Shown here piece by piece: positions 51,236 through 62,591 of a stretch of DNA of 64,000 bases. The notes beneath the pieces were generated by a model that ran no database searches, had not been told where the DNA came from, and saw nothing but the letters and a program-made list of their open reading frames with translations. This stretch comes from Halotia branconii CENA392 (lineage in GTDB: Bacteria; Cyanobacteriota; Cyanobacteriia; Cyanobacteriales; Nostocaceae), in NCBI RefSeq assembly GCF_029953635.1, contig NZ_CP124543.1, positions 535,455-599,454 on the forward strand. Direction: 5' to 3'. Made by a program: the position numbers and the translations under genes. Numbering within the stretch: position 1 is the stretch's first letter; each line of letters opens with the position of its first letter.

Positions 51236-51600
51236 CATATTTTATGATCTGTTGTTACCAACACTGCTATATTGAAATCAAAAAATGATCAGACATGATC
51301 TTATTGTGATCTGATTCTGTTGAAGAAGCGCTGTGGATCGCTTTTAGAGCATTGGAGGAGAAAGCTTTTCTCACAGACCGCCTAGCAGCACGGATGAATA
51401 AACATAAACAAACCCTGTCAGCAAAACCATTAACCCAAAAGGCGAAAGCTACTCGTCAGCATTCCGCCATCATTAAAGAACTGCTGATGAAAAGCAATAA
51501 GACGGAAACAAATACTTTTGGAGAAGAATAACTTTATAGTGCTTCTCGGTGCGGTAGCGAGTCCGCAAGCGTTTTACAATTTTTAATTAATAATTTTTAA

Positions 51601-52491
51601 TTGGAGCAAAGCGACTTGACCATATCTATTGCCCATTTAGGGCCTCCTGGCACTTACGCAGAACAAGCAGCAGTTTTCTATGTTAACTGGCTAGCTGAAA
51701 ATACAGGAATTGCAGCTACTTTATGCCCTTATCCTAGTATTGCTCAGTCACTCCAAGCTGTTGCGGCTGGACACACTCAATTAGCTGTTGTGCCAGTGGA
51801 AAATTCTATTGAAGGCAGTGTAACCATGACGATGGATACACTTTGGCAGTTAGAAAATCTGCAAATTCAGTTAGCTTTAGTCATGCCTATTGCTCATGCC
51901 TTAATTTCCTGTGCAACTGGTGTAGATAACATTAAAACTGTTTATTCACATCCACAAGCTTTAGCCCAATGTCAGGGGTGGTTAGAGCAGTTTCTGCCAA
52001 ATGTACAGCTAATTCCTGCCAATTCTACAACTGAAGCCCTACAAAGACTAGAGCAAGAATTAACAACAGCTGCGATCGCATCTACTAGAGCAGCCCAACT
52101 TTACAATTTGCCTATACTAGCTAGTAATATTAACGACTACCCAGAAAACTGTACTCGTTTTTGGGTGGTAAGTAAGGTAGGAGCAGAGGCTATTAAACAA
52201 ACATCTTCAGTTCATGCAACCCATACTTCGCTGGCTTTTAGCCTACCAGCCAATGTACCAGGAGCATTGGTTAAACTCCTACAAGTATTTGCTCAACGAG
52301 AAATTAATCTTAGCCGAATTGAGTCTCGTCCAACCAAGCGATCGCTAGGCGAATACTTGTTTTTTATTGATATAGAAGCAGATGCAAGGGAAGCACGAGT
52401 CCAATCGGCTTTAGCAGAACTAAATATTTACACAGAAGTTTTAAAAATTTTGGGCGCTTATAATGTTTTATCAATTGGCGCTATGCAGTAA
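51601..52491 (+). CDS. pheA: Prephenate dehydratase.
   Basis: It has a PDT domain (IAHLGPPGTYAEQAA), the TRF/ESRP motif (NCTRFWVV, ESRPTK), and a C-terminal ACT domain. Confidence 0.85.
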   Translation: MEQSDLTISIAHLGPPGTYAEQAAVFYVNWLAENTGIAATLCPYPSIAQSLQAVAAGHTQLAVVPVENSIEGSVTMTMDTLWQLENLQIQLALVMPIAHALISCATGVDNIKTVYSHPQALAQCQGWLEQFLPNVQLIPANSTTEALQRLEQELTTAAIASTRAAQLYNLPILASNINDYPENCTRFWVVSKVGAEAIKQTSSVHATHTSLAFSLPANVPGALVKLLQVFAQREINLSRIESRPTKRSLGEYLFFIDIEADAREARVQSALAELNIYTEVLKILGAYNVLSIGAMQ

Positions 52492-52540
52492 GGAGTAATC
52501 AGTCAATTGTGAAAAGTTCTGACTAATGACTAATGACTCC

Positions 52541-53191
52541 TCATGGATTCTGATTAAAAGTATCTTTCAACACAGAACGAGCTGCTAAGTGATTACGAGT
52601 AGTAGTCAAAATTTCTGCTTCTCTTTCCAACCGAGCAATAGTATCTTGCATTTCTAATAGTGATTGTTGCTCTGCGGCTACACCATAGAGATTACTGGCT
52701 ACCCAATAAGATAGCTCTGTTGGTAGATCGGGTAATTCTTCTGGCAATTCAATATTTTGTTCGGTTAACTTAGCTGAAAGACGCACGACATCCCGCAGTA
52801 GTTGTTCTACTTCAGAAGCAAAAGGTCGTAAGTCTTGACTTGGGGGCTGGTCTTCTAACCACTCTACCAAACCAACGCGGTAAGGCTTTTCCCGAACATA
52901 CTCTAAGACACGAAACCTTTGCTGTCCCAAAGTCAACATTTTCATCCGGTCATCTGGCAAGCGTTGGTAATGAATGATTTCTGCACAACAACCAACGTTC
53001 GCTATCGTACCTTGAACTGGATCGACCATTAAGACCCCAAACCTGCGATCGCTTTCCAAAATCGTGTTCATCATGATTCGGTAGCGAAATTCAAAGATGT
53101 GCAGGGGTAATGGTCTAGTCGGAAAAAGAACTACTTCGGGTAACGGGAACAGAGGTAGTTCGCGGACTGCAATTTTAGAAGAGGATGTCAT
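52541..53191 (-). CDS. LON N-terminal substrate-binding domain protein (LonN-like, no ATPase).
   Basis: LPLFPLPEVVLFPTRPLPLHIFEFRYRIMM matches the Lon N-domain start (LPL.PL...VLFP.....L.IFE.RY). Confidence 0.75.
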   Translation of the reverse strand: MTSSSKIAVRELPLFPLPEVVLFPTRPLPLHIFEFRYRIMMNTILESDRRFGVLMVDPVQGTIANVGCCAEIIHYQRLPDDRMKMLTLGQQRFRVLEYVREKPYRVGLVEWLEDQPPSQDLRPFASEVEQLLRDVVRLSAKLTEQNIELPEELPDLPTELSYWVASNLYGVAAEQQSLLEMQDTIARLEREAEILTTTRNHLAARSVLKDTFNQNP

Positions 53192-53333
53192 TGTTACCTT
53201 GGTATAAATTTAATCTTTAACAAATTTATTCTTCTCTGCTTTTCCCGTACTCTGTTTACATTCTATCATTTGTTTCCTAGGCAATAAAAAGCCCTAAAGA
53301 AATTTCTTCAGAGCTAGGTAAATATTCATACTA

Positions 53334-53383
53334 AAAAATTTCAGTTGTTAGTGGTCAATTGCTTTTCTGTAACTAACAACTGA
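53334..53383 (-). terminator. Putative terminator at the end of the str-S10 cluster.
   Basis: On the minus strand, an 11-bp stem CAGTTGTTAGT / ACTAACAACTG with a 19-nt loop is followed by AAATTTTTT. It lies downstream of rpsJ and of the complex repeat hairpin. Confidence 0.4.
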
Positions 53384-53494
53384 CCACACTTCGACTACGC
53401 GGTAGTTGAGTTTCGGCTACGCTCAACTGCCGCGCAGCGCTGCACTGAGCCTGTCGAAGTGTCGAAACTCAGTGCATCGCTGACCACTGACTAA
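53384..53494. repeat. Dispersed intergenic repeat with nested inverted repeats (CACTTCGAC..GTCGAAGTG and GCGGTAGTTGAG..CTCAACTGCCGC), ending in a TGACCAC TGACTAA array.
   Basis: The core is shared with the 26.8-kb, 40.3-kb, 21.3-kb, 10.9-kb and 33.8-kb copies. The inverted-repeat arms were verified by reverse complement. Confidence 0.7.
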
Positions 53495-53812
53495 TTACAA
53501 TTTGACTTCAATATCTACACCTGAGGGTAAATCAAGTTTCATCAAAGCATCAATAGTTTTAGAAGAAGGCTGATATATGTCTATAATCCGACGATGGGTA
53601 CGGGTTTCAAAGTGTTCTCGCGAATCTTTATCTACGTGAGGCGATCGCAGTACGCAGTAGATTTTGCGTTTTGTTGGTAAAGGAATCGGTCCTATAGCTG
53701 TAGCGTTAGTCCGGTTAGCCGTGTCTACAATCTTCTCGCAAGATGTATCTAATAAACGACGGTCAAAAGCCTGTAAACGTATTCTAATCTTCTGCTGCTG
53801 TAGAGTTGCCAT
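53495..53812 (-). CDS. rpsJ: 30S ribosomal protein S10.
   Basis: IRIRLQAFD...[16 protein letters not shown] is the canonical S10 sequence. It follows tuf, as in cyanobacteria and plastids. Confidence 0.95.
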   Translation of the reverse strand: MATLQQQKIRIRLQAFDRRLLDTSCEKIVDTANRTNATAIGPIPLPTKRKIYCVLRSPHVDKDSREHFETRTHRRIIDIYQPSSKTIDALMKLDLPSGVDIEVKL

Positions 53813-53954
53813 CTTTAATTTTCTAGGTTCTGATATTAAGGGTACAGGTTACGTACATAAAGCTGTAACCTGTCATTTTATTGGGAGAGGGAAGAGAAAG
53901 GAGCAGAAAGGGTTTTGTACCATCTCTACTCCTTTATTATCGGGGCAAAAAGTG

Positions 53955-55184
53955 CTATTTCAAGATTTTGGAGACAACACCAGCACCGATGGTACGACCA
54001 CCTTCACGAATAGCGAAGCGCATTCCTTGCTCGATTGCGATCGCATTAATTAGTTCTACTGTCATTTTGATGCGATCGCCTGGCATTACCATTTCTGCTT
54101 CGCTGCCATCATCAGAAGTGAAAGCTTTGATAGTGCCAGTTACATCGGTTGTCCGCACGTAGAACTGAGGACGATAGCCAGAGAAAAATGGAGTTTTGCG
54201 ACCACCTTCTTTTTCGGTCAGTACGTACACTTCACCTTCAAATTGAGTGTGAGGTGTAATCGAACCGGGTTTAGCAATTACCATACCCCGTTCAATGTCA
54301 GTTTTTTGGATACCCCGCAGTAGTACACCTGCATTATCTCCAGCCATACCTTCATCAAGACTCTTCTTAAACATCTCGATTCCAGTAACAGTGGTGTTGC
54401 GAGTATCTCTAATACCCACCAATTCCACTGTATCGCCGACTTTTACCTTACCGCGTTCAATCCGACCGGTAGCGACCGTACCCCGACCTGTGATCGAGAA
54501 TACGTCTTCTACAGCCATTAGGAAGGGCTTATCAACAGCGCGATCAGGTGTGGGGATGTATGAATCTACAGCATCCATTAATGCATAGATTTTATCTACC
54601 CACTCATCTTCTCCCCGTTGTGTCTTGGCGTTAGTAGTCATTTTTTCCAGTGCTTTGAGACCGGAGCCTGTAACAATGGGGATATCGTCGCCAGGGAAAT
54701 CATAGGCACTTAATAGTTCCCGGACTTCTAGTTCTACTAACTCTAGTAGTTCAGCATCATCTACCATGTCTTCTTTATTTAAGAAGACAACTAGACTAGG
54801 TACACCCACCTGCTTTGCTAACAGGATATGTTCGCGGGTTTGGGGCATGGGACCATCAGCAGCCGAAACCACAAGGATTGCACCATCCATTTGGGCAGCG
54901 CCGGTGATCATGTTTTTCACATAGTCAGCGTGTCCGGGGCAGTCTACGTGAGCATAGTGCCGATTACTGGTTTCGTACTCAACGTGGGCTGTATTGATGG
55001 TAATACCCCGCGCCTTTTCTTCGGGTGCGTTATCGATTTGATCGTAACCTCTACCAACCGCTTGACCAAGAGCCGCTAAGGTCATGGTAATAGCTGCTGT
55101 TAATGTAGTTTTACCATGATCAACGTGGCCAATAGTACCGATATTAACGTGAGGTTTATTCCTTTCAAACTTTGCGCGTGCCAT
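53955..55184 (-). CDS. tuf: Elongation factor Tu.
   Basis: [18 protein letters not shown] and NKEDMV GTPase motifs. 409 aa. Confidence 0.97.
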   Translation of the reverse strand: MARAKFERNKPHVNIGTIGHVDHGKTTLTAAITMTLAALGQAVGRGYDQIDNAPEEKARGITINTAHVEYETSNRHYAHVDCPGHADYVKNMITGAAQMDGAILVVSAADGPMPQTREHILLAKQVGVPSLVVFLNKEDMVDDAELLELVELEVRELLSAYDFPGDDIPIVTGSGLKALEKMTTNAKTQRGEDEWVDKIYALMDAVDSYIPTPDRAVDKPFLMAVEDVFSITGRGTVATGRIERGKVKVGDTVELVGIRDTRNTTVTGIEMFKKSLDEGMAGDNAGVLLRGIQKTDIERGMVIAKPGSITPHTQFEGEVYVLTEKEGGRKTPFFSGYRPQFYVRTTDVTGTIKAFTSDDGSEAEMVMPGDRIKMTVELINAIAIEQGMRFAIREGGRTIGAGVVSKILK

Positions 55185-55206
55185 GAATGCTCGTTTCCTT
55201 TTCTAA

Positions 55207-57285
55207 TTAAGCGTTCCCTTTGCTTTTTGCAATGATTGCCTCAGCCACGTTGCGAGGCACTTCTTCGTAATGGCTAAACTCCATAGAGAAGATACCCCGA
55301 CCTTGGGTCTTCGACCGGATATCAGTGGCATAACCAAACATTTCTGCTAATGGGACTTTAGCAGTTACTTTGGCAAGACCATCATCAGATCCCATGCCCT
55401 CAATTTGTCCACGACGTGAATTGAGGTCGCCCATAACATCCCCAAGGAAGTTTTCGGGAACTTCGACCTCAACTTTCATCATAGGTTCTAAGAGAGCTGG
55501 TGAGGCTTTCATTACTGCCTCTTTCATCGCCATTGAGCCAGCGATTTTGAAAGCCATTTCTGAAGAGTCTACATCGTGGTATGACCCATCAATCAGTGTT
55601 GCTTTGACATCAATCAGTGGATAACCGGCTAAAATACCCGATTCGCAGCTTTCTTTCATTCCTTGTTCTGCGGGGCCGACGTACTCTTTGGGTACGCTAC
55701 CACCGACTATCTTGGAAACAAATTCAAAACCGCTACCAGGTTCTCCTGGCTCCAGATCAATAACAACGTGACCGTATTGGCCTTTACCACCACTTTGACG
55801 GATGAATTTCCCTTCTATTTTGGTGACGTGCTTACGAATTGTTTCGCGATATGCTACTTGCGGCGCACCGACATTTGCTTCCACTTTAAATTCGCGTAAC
55901 ATACGGTCTACCAGAATTTCCAGGTGCAGCTCTCCCATTCCGGCAATTACCGTTTGGTTGGTTTCCGGATCAACGTGGACACGAAAGGTTGGGTCTTCTT
56001 CTGAGAGAGATTGCAGAGCTTTGGAGAGCTTATCCATGTCATTCTTAGTTTTGGGTTCAACCGCCACTGAGATTACAGGCTCAGGAATAAATAGAGATTC
56101 CAGAATTACTGGCGATGCTTCATCAGTAATAGTGTCACCTGTTAAGGTGTCTTTCAATCCTAATGCTGCTCCTAAATCTCCTGCCCGCATTTCATCGACA
56201 TCAAGTCGTTCATCTGCTTTCAAAATCACCAGACGAGAAATCCGTTCTTTCTTGTTCTTGGTAGCGTTGAGGACATAGCTACCTTTTTTCAGCACACCAG
56301 AATAAACGCGAACAAAGGTTAGGCGGCCATAAGGGTCAGCCATAATCTTGAATGCCAGCGCTGACAAAGGTTCGTCATCATCAGCCCGACGCTCTACAGT
56401 TTCGCCATTCGGCAGTGTGCCTTGAATTGGTGGTACTTCAGTTGGCGCAGGTAGATAATCTACAACTGCATCCAACATCAACTGTACGCCTTTGTTTTTG
56501 AATGCAGAACCACAAAGTACTGGTACAATCGTTCCCGCCGTTGTACCTTTACGCAGAGCAGAACGAATTTCCTCTTCTGTAAGTTCTTCTCCCTCGAAGT
56601 ACTTATTCATCAGATTGTCATCAGTTTCCGCCACAGCTTCTATCAGCTTGGTGCGGTATTCTTTTGCTTTTTCTTGCAATTCTGCTGGAATTTCTGTTTC
56701 TTCAATATCAGTTCCTTGATCGTTGTTGTAAATATAGGCACAATTACGTACTAGATCAACGATTCCTCGGAACTCAGTTTCACTACCAATTGGTAGTTGA
56801 ATGGCAATAGCATTAGCCCGCAGGCGATCGCGCATTTGCTCGTGAACTCTATAAAAGTTCGCGCCTGTACGATCCATTTTGTTAACAAAAGCGATTCGAG
56901 GCACTTTATAGCGGTCTGCTTGTCGCCACACTGTCTCTGATTGCGGTTGCACACCGCCCACAGAACAAAATACTGCGATTACACCATCCAACACGCGCAT
57001 GGAACGTTCAACTTCAATTGTGAAGTCAACGTGACCTGGAGTATCGATAATGTTAATTTGATGATCTTTCCAGCTGGTACTGATAGCAGCAGCAGTAATA
57101 GTAATTCCCCTTTCCCGCTCCTGATCCATCCAGTCGGTTACGGCAGTTCCTTCATGAACTTCACCAATTTTATGAATTATGCCAGAGTAAAACAATATTC
57201 TCTCGGTTGTCGTTGTCTTGCCCGCATCTATATGCGCCGCAATACCGATATTGCGTACTCTCTCTAGCGGGATCGTACGTGCCAC
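55207..57285 (-). CDS. fusA: Elongation factor G.
   Basis: [20 protein letters not shown] and NKMD motifs. 692 aa with five domains. Confidence 0.97.
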   Translation of the reverse strand: MARTIPLERVRNIGIAAHIDAGKTTTTERILFYSGIIHKIGEVHEGTAVTDWMDQERERGITITAAAISTSWKDHQINIIDTPGHVDFTIEVERSMRVLDGVIAVFCSVGGVQPQSETVWRQADRYKVPRIAFVNKMDRTGANFYRVHEQMRDRLRANAIAIQLPIGSETEFRGIVDLVRNCAYIYNNDQGTDIEETEIPAELQEKAKEYRTKLIEAVAETDDNLMNKYFEGEELTEEEIRSALRKGTTAGTIVPVLCGSAFKNKGVQLMLDAVVDYLPAPTEVPPIQGTLPNGETVERRADDDEPLSALAFKIMADPYGRLTFVRVYSGVLKKGSYVLNATKNKKERISRLVILKADERLDVDEMRAGDLGAALGLKDTLTGDTITDEASPVILESLFIPEPVISVAVEPKTKNDMDKLSKALQSLSEEDPTFRVHVDPETNQTVIAGMGELHLEILVDRMLREFKVEANVGAPQVAYRETIRKHVTKIEGKFIRQSGGKGQYGHVVIDLEPGEPGSGFEFVSKIVGGSVPKEYVGPAEQGMKESCESGILAGYPLIDVKATLIDGSYHDVDSSEMAFKIAGSMAMKEAVMKASPALLEPMMKVEVEVPENFLGDVMGDLNSRRGQIEGMGSDDGLAKVTAKVPLAEMFGYATDIRSKTQGRGIFSMEFSHYEEVPRNVAEAIIAKSKGNA

Positions 57286-57403
57286 AGTAGCCTCCTATAG
57301 TTTTTGCCTCATGATATCTTGTATATTACTCTTTGTTAAGATTCTATACTTTTACGGAAAACCGTCTTGGTTTTTGTAAATTCGCGATATATCGCTTTTT
57401 CCC

Positions 57404-57874
57404 TTAGTAACGATAATGTGCGAAGGCTTTGTTGGCTTCCGCCATCCGGTGTGTTTCTTCGCGTTTACGAATTGCGTTACCGCTTTCATTGGCTGCATCC
57501 ATTAACTCGTTAGCTAACTTACTGGCCATTGTGCGGCCTGGTCTCGACCGAGAAAATTGTACTAGCCAACGTAGCGCCAGAGTAGTACCCCGATCTGAAC
57601 GTACTTCCATTGGTACTTGGTAGGTTGCCCCACCAACTCGGCGAGCCTTGACTTCTACTAAAGGTGTGGCATTTCGCACTGCTCTTTCAAAGGTTTCCAA
57701 AGCAGCGCTGCCGGTACGTTCTTCAATAGTTTTTAAAGCATCATAAACAATACGTGCGGCTAGAGATTTTTTCCCATGATGCATAATTCGCCGGATTATC
57801 ATGCTCACAAGGCGACTGTTGTATACAGAGTCAGGCGGAACTGGCCGCCTTTGAATAACACCACGACGAGACAT
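57404..57874 (-). CDS. rpsG: 30S ribosomal protein S7.
   Basis: The canonical S7 sequence is present (..KFVN..MKDGKKSLAE-like; here [18 protein letters not shown]). Confidence 0.95.
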   Translation of the reverse strand: MSRRGVIQRRPVPPDSVYNSRLVSMIIRRIMHHGKKSLAARIVYDALKTIEERTGSAALETFERAVRNATPLVEVKARRVGGATYQVPMEVRSDRGTTLALRWLVQFSRSRPGRTMASKLANELMDAANESGNAIRKREETHRMAEANKAFAHYRY

Positions 57875-58231
57875 ACTTCAACCTTTAATGCGGATTTGGC
57901 AACGAAATTATATGCTATCAGACACTGGATCTTTAGGCAGCGATCGCTGTCTAGACTTAGTTAATTTTTCTCTACAGTTGCAGCAAAGGTGAGCTATGGT
58001 CTGGCTGCTTGCAACTGGACATACAAGGCAACAGCATTTAAAAGCCTTATATTTGGGATTAAAATGCTGTAGCACTGATCGGATACTACTTAAAAATTAC
58101 CTACACTTGCTCACTTAACTCAAGGGTGTAGCTGGATTTTATTGAAAAAGTCAGCACAGCTAGTTTTTGTTTCTTCGCTCACACTTTTAGAGAACGGTTA
58201 ATCGCATCAATCACGATTAATCGTCTCTGTT

Positions 58232-58615
58232 TTATTTTGTAGCCTCTTTTGGGCGCTTCGTTCCGTACTTGGAACGTCCTTGTTTGCGGTCTTTGACTCC
58301 GGCTGTATCTAGCGTGCCACGAATAATGTGGTATCTTACGCCTGGTAAATCTTTAACCCGACCGCCACGAATCATTACCACAGAATGCTCTTGCAAGTTG
58401 TGGCCAATTCCGGGGATGTAAGCTGTGACTTCAAATCCAGAAGTAAGCCTGACTCTCGCTACTTTACGTAGAGCTGAGTTAGGTTTTTTCGGTGTAGTCG
58501 TGTATACTCTAGTACAAACACCCCGGCGTTGTGGGCATTGCTTCAGAGCTGGAGACTTGGTTTTCTGACGCGCTTTCTCGCGTTGATTATGTATGAGTTG
58601 CTGTATTGTTGGCAT
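58232..58615 (-). CDS. rpsL: 30S ribosomal protein S12.
   Basis: [13 protein letters not shown]...[39 protein letters not shown] is canonical S12. Confidence 0.95.
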   Translation of the reverse strand: MPTIQQLIHNQREKARQKTKSPALKQCPQRRGVCTRVYTTTPKKPNSALRKVARVRLTSGFEVTAYIPGIGHNLQEHSVVMIRGGRVKDLPGVRYHIIRGTLDTAGVKDRKQGRSKYGTKRPKEATK

Positions 58616-58665
58616 GAGTTACAGCGCGTGAAGCTGCTTAGTGGTCTAAGTTTTAACAAATCCTG

Positions 58666-58695
58666 ATTATATCTTTTTTTTTAACTATATGTCAA
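58666..58695 (-). promoter_or_regulatory. Consensus sigma70-type promoter for the rpsL-rpsG-fusA-tuf-rpsJ operon.
   Basis: The minus strand reads TTGACA-N18-TATAAT. The -35 is at 58690-58695 and the -10 at 58666-58671. It lies about 50 nt upstream of the rpsL ATG. Confidence 0.55.
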
Positions 58696-58722
58696 ATTAT
58701 TATGTTATTTTTAAATTTTTTC

Positions 58723-59064
58723 TCAATCAATAGCATTTGGTGCAGTGATAGAGAAAGAATTACCACAGCCACAGGTGGCGATCGCCTGGGGATTATGGAA
58801 GCGAAAACCACCGCCTATCAAGTCTTCTGAATAATCTACGGCCAAACCGTTGACGTAATCTAAGCTTTCAGCATCTACGACTACTTGAATGCCATTCAAG
58901 TCAAAAACGCGATCGCTAATTTCTACTGTTTCATCAAAAGACATATCATAAAACCAATCGTAACAACCACCCGCTTTAACCGCTAATCTAAATAAGATAT
59001 TTGGCTGTTGGTTTGACTTTAATCTTCTGATTTCATTTGCCGCTGTTTGACTTAGATTAATCAT
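58723..59064 (-). CDS. Iron-sulfur cluster insertion protein, IscA/HesB family.
   Basis: FRLAVKAGGCYDW with a C-terminal ..CGCGNSF. The three conserved Cys residues are present. Confidence 0.8.
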   Translation of the reverse strand: MINLSQTAANEIRRLKSNQQPNILFRLAVKAGGCYDWFYDMSFDETVEISDRVFDLNGIQVVVDAESLDYVNGLAVDYSEDLIGGGFRFHNPQAIATCGCGNSFSITAPNAID

Positions 59065-59234
59065 AAAACTTGTTTTGGCAATTCAAACCCCATCTTAAAA
59101 AGTATATCGCACTAAATATCCCCACCTAAAATAGGCAGGGATACTTGACGTGCTGTGATTAATTCAGATAATTTGCACAAAAAAATATTTAATTTTTAGC
59201 TCCCAATTGTAGCCCTATGAATATTATATCAGTT

Positions 59235-59675
59235 TTAATTTCCGGTACGGGCATAGTCGTCTTGGTAGCGGATAATATCATCTTCGCCCAAGTATTCGCC
59301 ATTTTGCACTTCAATTAAAACTAAGGAAATTACGCCAGGATTCTCTAAACGATGAGATGTACACTGAGGTACATAAGTTGATTGATTATTGCCCAACAGA
59401 ATTTCTTGCTCGCCACAAGTTACCCTAGCTGTACCAGAGACGACAATCCAATGTTCGCTGCGGTGGTGATGCATTTGCAGACTGAGACGGTGTCCTGGCT
59501 TAACTTCGATACGCTTGATTTTATATCCACGCCCTTCTTCCAACACAGTAAAAGAACCCCAAGGACGTAGTTCAGTTGCAGCAACGCCTCTGGCAGTGAG
59601 CGCGGTGGGTAGGGGCAGAGTGTTAATTTGTGTGGTTTCTTGATATTGAGCCATAGTTACCTCATTTAAAGACAT
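59235..59675 (-). CDS. Cupin-domain protein of the type II mannose-6-phosphate isomerase (ManC C-terminal) type.
   Basis: RPWGSF...KIKRIEVKPGHRLSLQMHHHRSEHWIVVSGTARVTCGEQEILLGNNQSTYVPQCTSHRLENPGVISLVLIEVQNGEYLGEDDIIRYQDDY matches the ManC cupin core nearly motif for motif. Confidence 0.75.
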   Translation of the reverse strand: MSLNEVTMAQYQETTQINTLPLPTALTARGVAATELRPWGSFTVLEEGRGYKIKRIEVKPGHRLSLQMHHHRSEHWIVVSGTARVTCGEQEILLGNNQSTYVPQCTSHRLENPGVISLVLIEVQNGEYLGEDDIIRYQDDYARTGN

Positions 59676-59884
59676 AACAAACCGTCATTATTCTTAACAA
59701 CTGATGGAAAAATCTGGCGCAATCTTGCAACCGTGAAAATCAGCAATTCAATTCCACCTTGCTAAAGATAGCAAAATCAGACTTTGTGGTGTAAAGAATT
59801 ACTACTAAAACTGTCGAGTCTACATCAAGTCTTCATCCAGCAAAATGGCTGCTTGTTCTAAACTTTAAAAAATGATTGGAAATG

Positions 59885-59990
59885 AGAAATGGGGAATGGG
59901 GCATGGGGCATGGGGCATGGGAGATTAATTATTATTTGTTATTCTCCCCTGCTCCCTGCTCCCGTGCTCCTCTGCTCCCCTTGCTCTTCA
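59885..59990. repeat. An (ATGGGGC)4 heptamer array followed by a pyrimidine-rich CTCCCCTGCTCCCTGCTCCC module (the reverse complement of the GCAGGGAGCAGG module).
   Basis: Read directly. It overlaps the 3' end of the downstream minus-strand gene. Confidence 0.7.
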
Positions 59991-59991
59991 T

Positions 59992-62022
59992 TCATTGCTT
60001 TTGTTGTAGGAAAATCCCAATGCCGTTGTGGACACGAGCAGCGGTATTAGGAGAACGGTCGAGTAGTTGTCCTCCTAGATAAAGACTGGTAGAGCTACCA
60101 CCGTCTAAATTTAGGGCATTTACACAACCTAAAAGCTTCATCAGTTGAGCATGTTCTGCCAAATTAGGGCCTGCCCCACCAGCGCGATTATGCACCGCAG
60201 CAATCATTAGTGTGCCTGTTGCAGTTGTACAAATACCGCTACGAATAGCTTTTTCGGCAATAAAAGCATCGCTAAATTTCTCGCTTTTGGCATCAAGGAC
60301 AATTTGATTGTTTTGTACTAACAATGGCCCGGCTCCGACAATGTAAGGGTAACGGTTAAAGTCAGCAGGGGTAGTGTTACTAGAAATACTGACTGTAGTA
60401 CCAATTGGTAACTGTGATGCAGTACTAGCAGCATTTTTGCGTAAAGTTAATAGATAGCCATCTGGGGGAATAGGAACGGCAGTTTCACTAGCTTTACCTC
60501 CTGGTAACTGTTGGATAATTTGGTTTTTGTTAATTACAAGAATAATTTCGTTGTCACTCAGGGGCGTATAACTAGCTCCCCAAGCTGGAGTGTAGCGGGC
60601 AATACCACTTTGTACGTAGCCGCTGTTGAGAAACAAAATTGGTAATTGCAGGTTGTTGGGAGCAACTAAAGTTTCTTGTAAAGTCAGACGACCGAAATAA
60701 AATTGTCCAGAATCATTCCAGGCGATCGCGCCCCGATTAAGAATAGGGCCTGATAACCATTGATTATCTCGACGAATTGCACCTAAGGGTAATTTATTAT
60801 TGCGGTTAAAATAACCACCATTAATTGCCGCTGCTGCTAAGTACTGCTGTGCTGTTTGAATTAAGGGCGCAATACCTGTTAAAGTATCGGAATTTGCCCG
60901 AATAGGTTTTAATGTAATTCCAACTTTGCGGGGATTGACTTCTAACCAAACTACAGGAAAGCTTTCTGCATCTAAATTGATAAATTGTTGTCGCCAGCGT
61001 AATCCCGATGCCCAAGTAATATCCCGCGGCAGCATGGCATCGGGACGAATGTCAATCATCAGGCGATTGGGGTTAGCTACAGTGCTAATCCGGGGAGACA
61101 TGCCGAAGGGAACGCTTAAATGAATGATTGTTTGGTTATTGACCACCTCTACTTGTTGAATTAATGCATCAGGATCTGGTATTGCTGGTAGTTGTTTGAG
61201 CAAATCTGGCAGTGATGGCGGCGGTGGTGGTAGGGGAGTATAGCGTTGAACTAAGAGGGGATCGGCTATTCCATCTAAGGTAACTGTCCACTCTCTATTC
61301 GGTGGCGTAGTAGATTTAGGGGTGGGAATATCGGGATCTAAGGTTGGAAGTTGAGGCTTTTTGATGGGTAAACCTTGTGAAACTTGCCAAGGAGTTGGGC
61401 GATCTAAATCTACAACAATGCGATCGCTCTGCAAAGGTGCAACGCTTTTCTCTGAGGGTTGCTGGCTTTGAAGAATATTTTTCACTTGTGCTTTAGGGAT
61501 GGCAATTACCAAAATATTGCCATTGGCTTGCAGCTGCCATCCGGCTGTTTGAGCAAAATTAGTAATGTCTAAATAGCGATATCCTCCCAACAATTGGGCA
61601 GCTAAAATTGGTCGCTTAGTTGATGAAAACCAATCTATTGGTTGCCTAGCTGGATTACTGCTACTTAATAAATCTATGCCGATTAATTGTCTGAGTACTC
61701 CGTCACTGATATGAGTTTTAACTTTACCTGTGGTTAGCGATCGCTGTAACCAAGCTCCTGGTACGATACGACCATTGAGGGAAATTTGATTTCCGGCAAA
61801 AGATTGTGGAGTTTTTGCTGGAGTTGGTTTGGCGTTTGTTGGAGGCTTTTGAGCGTTTGTAGTATGGGTGCTAGATAAGCATAATACTGTGGCAATTATT
61901 GGCGGCACAATAGCCCAAAACAACCTACTTACACGCCATTTTGGCGGTTTGTTGTTGGCATTACCTTGATTAGTCAAAGCACTGTGGTCTTGTTGGCAGC
62001 AGTAATTCGGCATTTTTACCAT
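59992..62022 (-). CDS. Phosphodiester glycosidase family protein (NAGPA/DUF2233 domain) with a signal anchor and a Pro-rich linker.
   Basis: The C-terminal domain ends ..ALNLDGGSSTSLYLGGQLL, the hallmark of the phosphodiester glycosidase fold. The N-terminus has a TM segment and PTPK/PPPP linkers. Confidence 0.7.
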   Translation of the reverse strand: MVKMPNYCCQQDHSALTNQGNANNKPPKWRVSRLFWAIVPPIIATVLCLSSTHTTNAQKPPTNAKPTPAKTPQSFAGNQISLNGRIVPGAWLQRSLTTGKVKTHISDGVLRQLIGIDLLSSSNPARQPIDWFSSTKRPILAAQLLGGYRYLDITNFAQTAGWQLQANGNILVIAIPKAQVKNILQSQQPSEKSVAPLQSDRIVVDLDRPTPWQVSQGLPIKKPQLPTLDPDIPTPKSTTPPNREWTVTLDGIADPLLVQRYTPLPPPPPSLPDLLKQLPAIPDPDALIQQVEVVNNQTIIHLSVPFGMSPRISTVANPNRLMIDIRPDAMLPRDITWASGLRWRQQFINLDAESFPVVWLEVNPRKVGITLKPIRANSDTLTGIAPLIQTAQQYLAAAAINGGYFNRNNKLPLGAIRRDNQWLSGPILNRGAIAWNDSGQFYFGRLTLQETLVAPNNLQLPILFLNSGYVQSGIARYTPAWGASYTPLSDNEIILVINKNQIIQQLPGGKASETAVPIPPDGYLLTLRKNAASTASQLPIGTTVSISSNTTPADFNRYPYIVGAGPLLVQNNQIVLDAKSEKFSDAFIAEKAIRSGICTTATGTLMIAAVHNRAGGAGPNLAEHAQLMKLLGCVNALNLDGGSSTSLYLGGQLLDRSPNTAARVHNGIGIFLQQKQ

Positions 62023-62591
62023 AATTTACTAGGTATTGTTGAAAGCGATCGCCCAAAAAATAGGTTAACTAAAGTTATTGGCAAATATTAAAAAATCATG
62101 ATTTAACTTTTGAATAAAAATGATATTATATATATTGGCTTATTGTCTCTCATCCAATTTAGCCAACCACTTGCGCTATAGAAACTACAGTAAGTAACTG
62201 TTTTGACTAAGATTATTTTCCTACCAGACTATACACAATTAGTCTTGGTTATAGCAGCTTGATCAAGCTGTTTCTTACTAGACAATAGTTGTTATTGTTG
62301 GGTACTGAAGTGAAGTTTAGTTTTTATTAACACCGATGACGACAAATAAACAGCAAAACTATAGACAAGAGAAATATTTAGGAATTGTCAAATGGCCATT
62401 TAGTGTAATACGCTGATTTTATTGCTGAATCAGGATAATTGTAAGTTTTAAAAACAGTAAAGCGTTTAGTTTGAGTTTTGTTACAGGTAAGGCAAAACAT
62501 CCTTTATTTAAAAAATAGCTTTCATCTGGAAAATAAAGAATTGAGAAAATACATAGCTTCACGATATAAATAAAAGACTGTCAGGGCAAAG

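Noticed and set aside
55370-57267. Multiple plus-strand ORFs inside fusA, and 54295-55079 inside tuf.
   Set aside because: They are antisense to highly conserved translation-factor genes.
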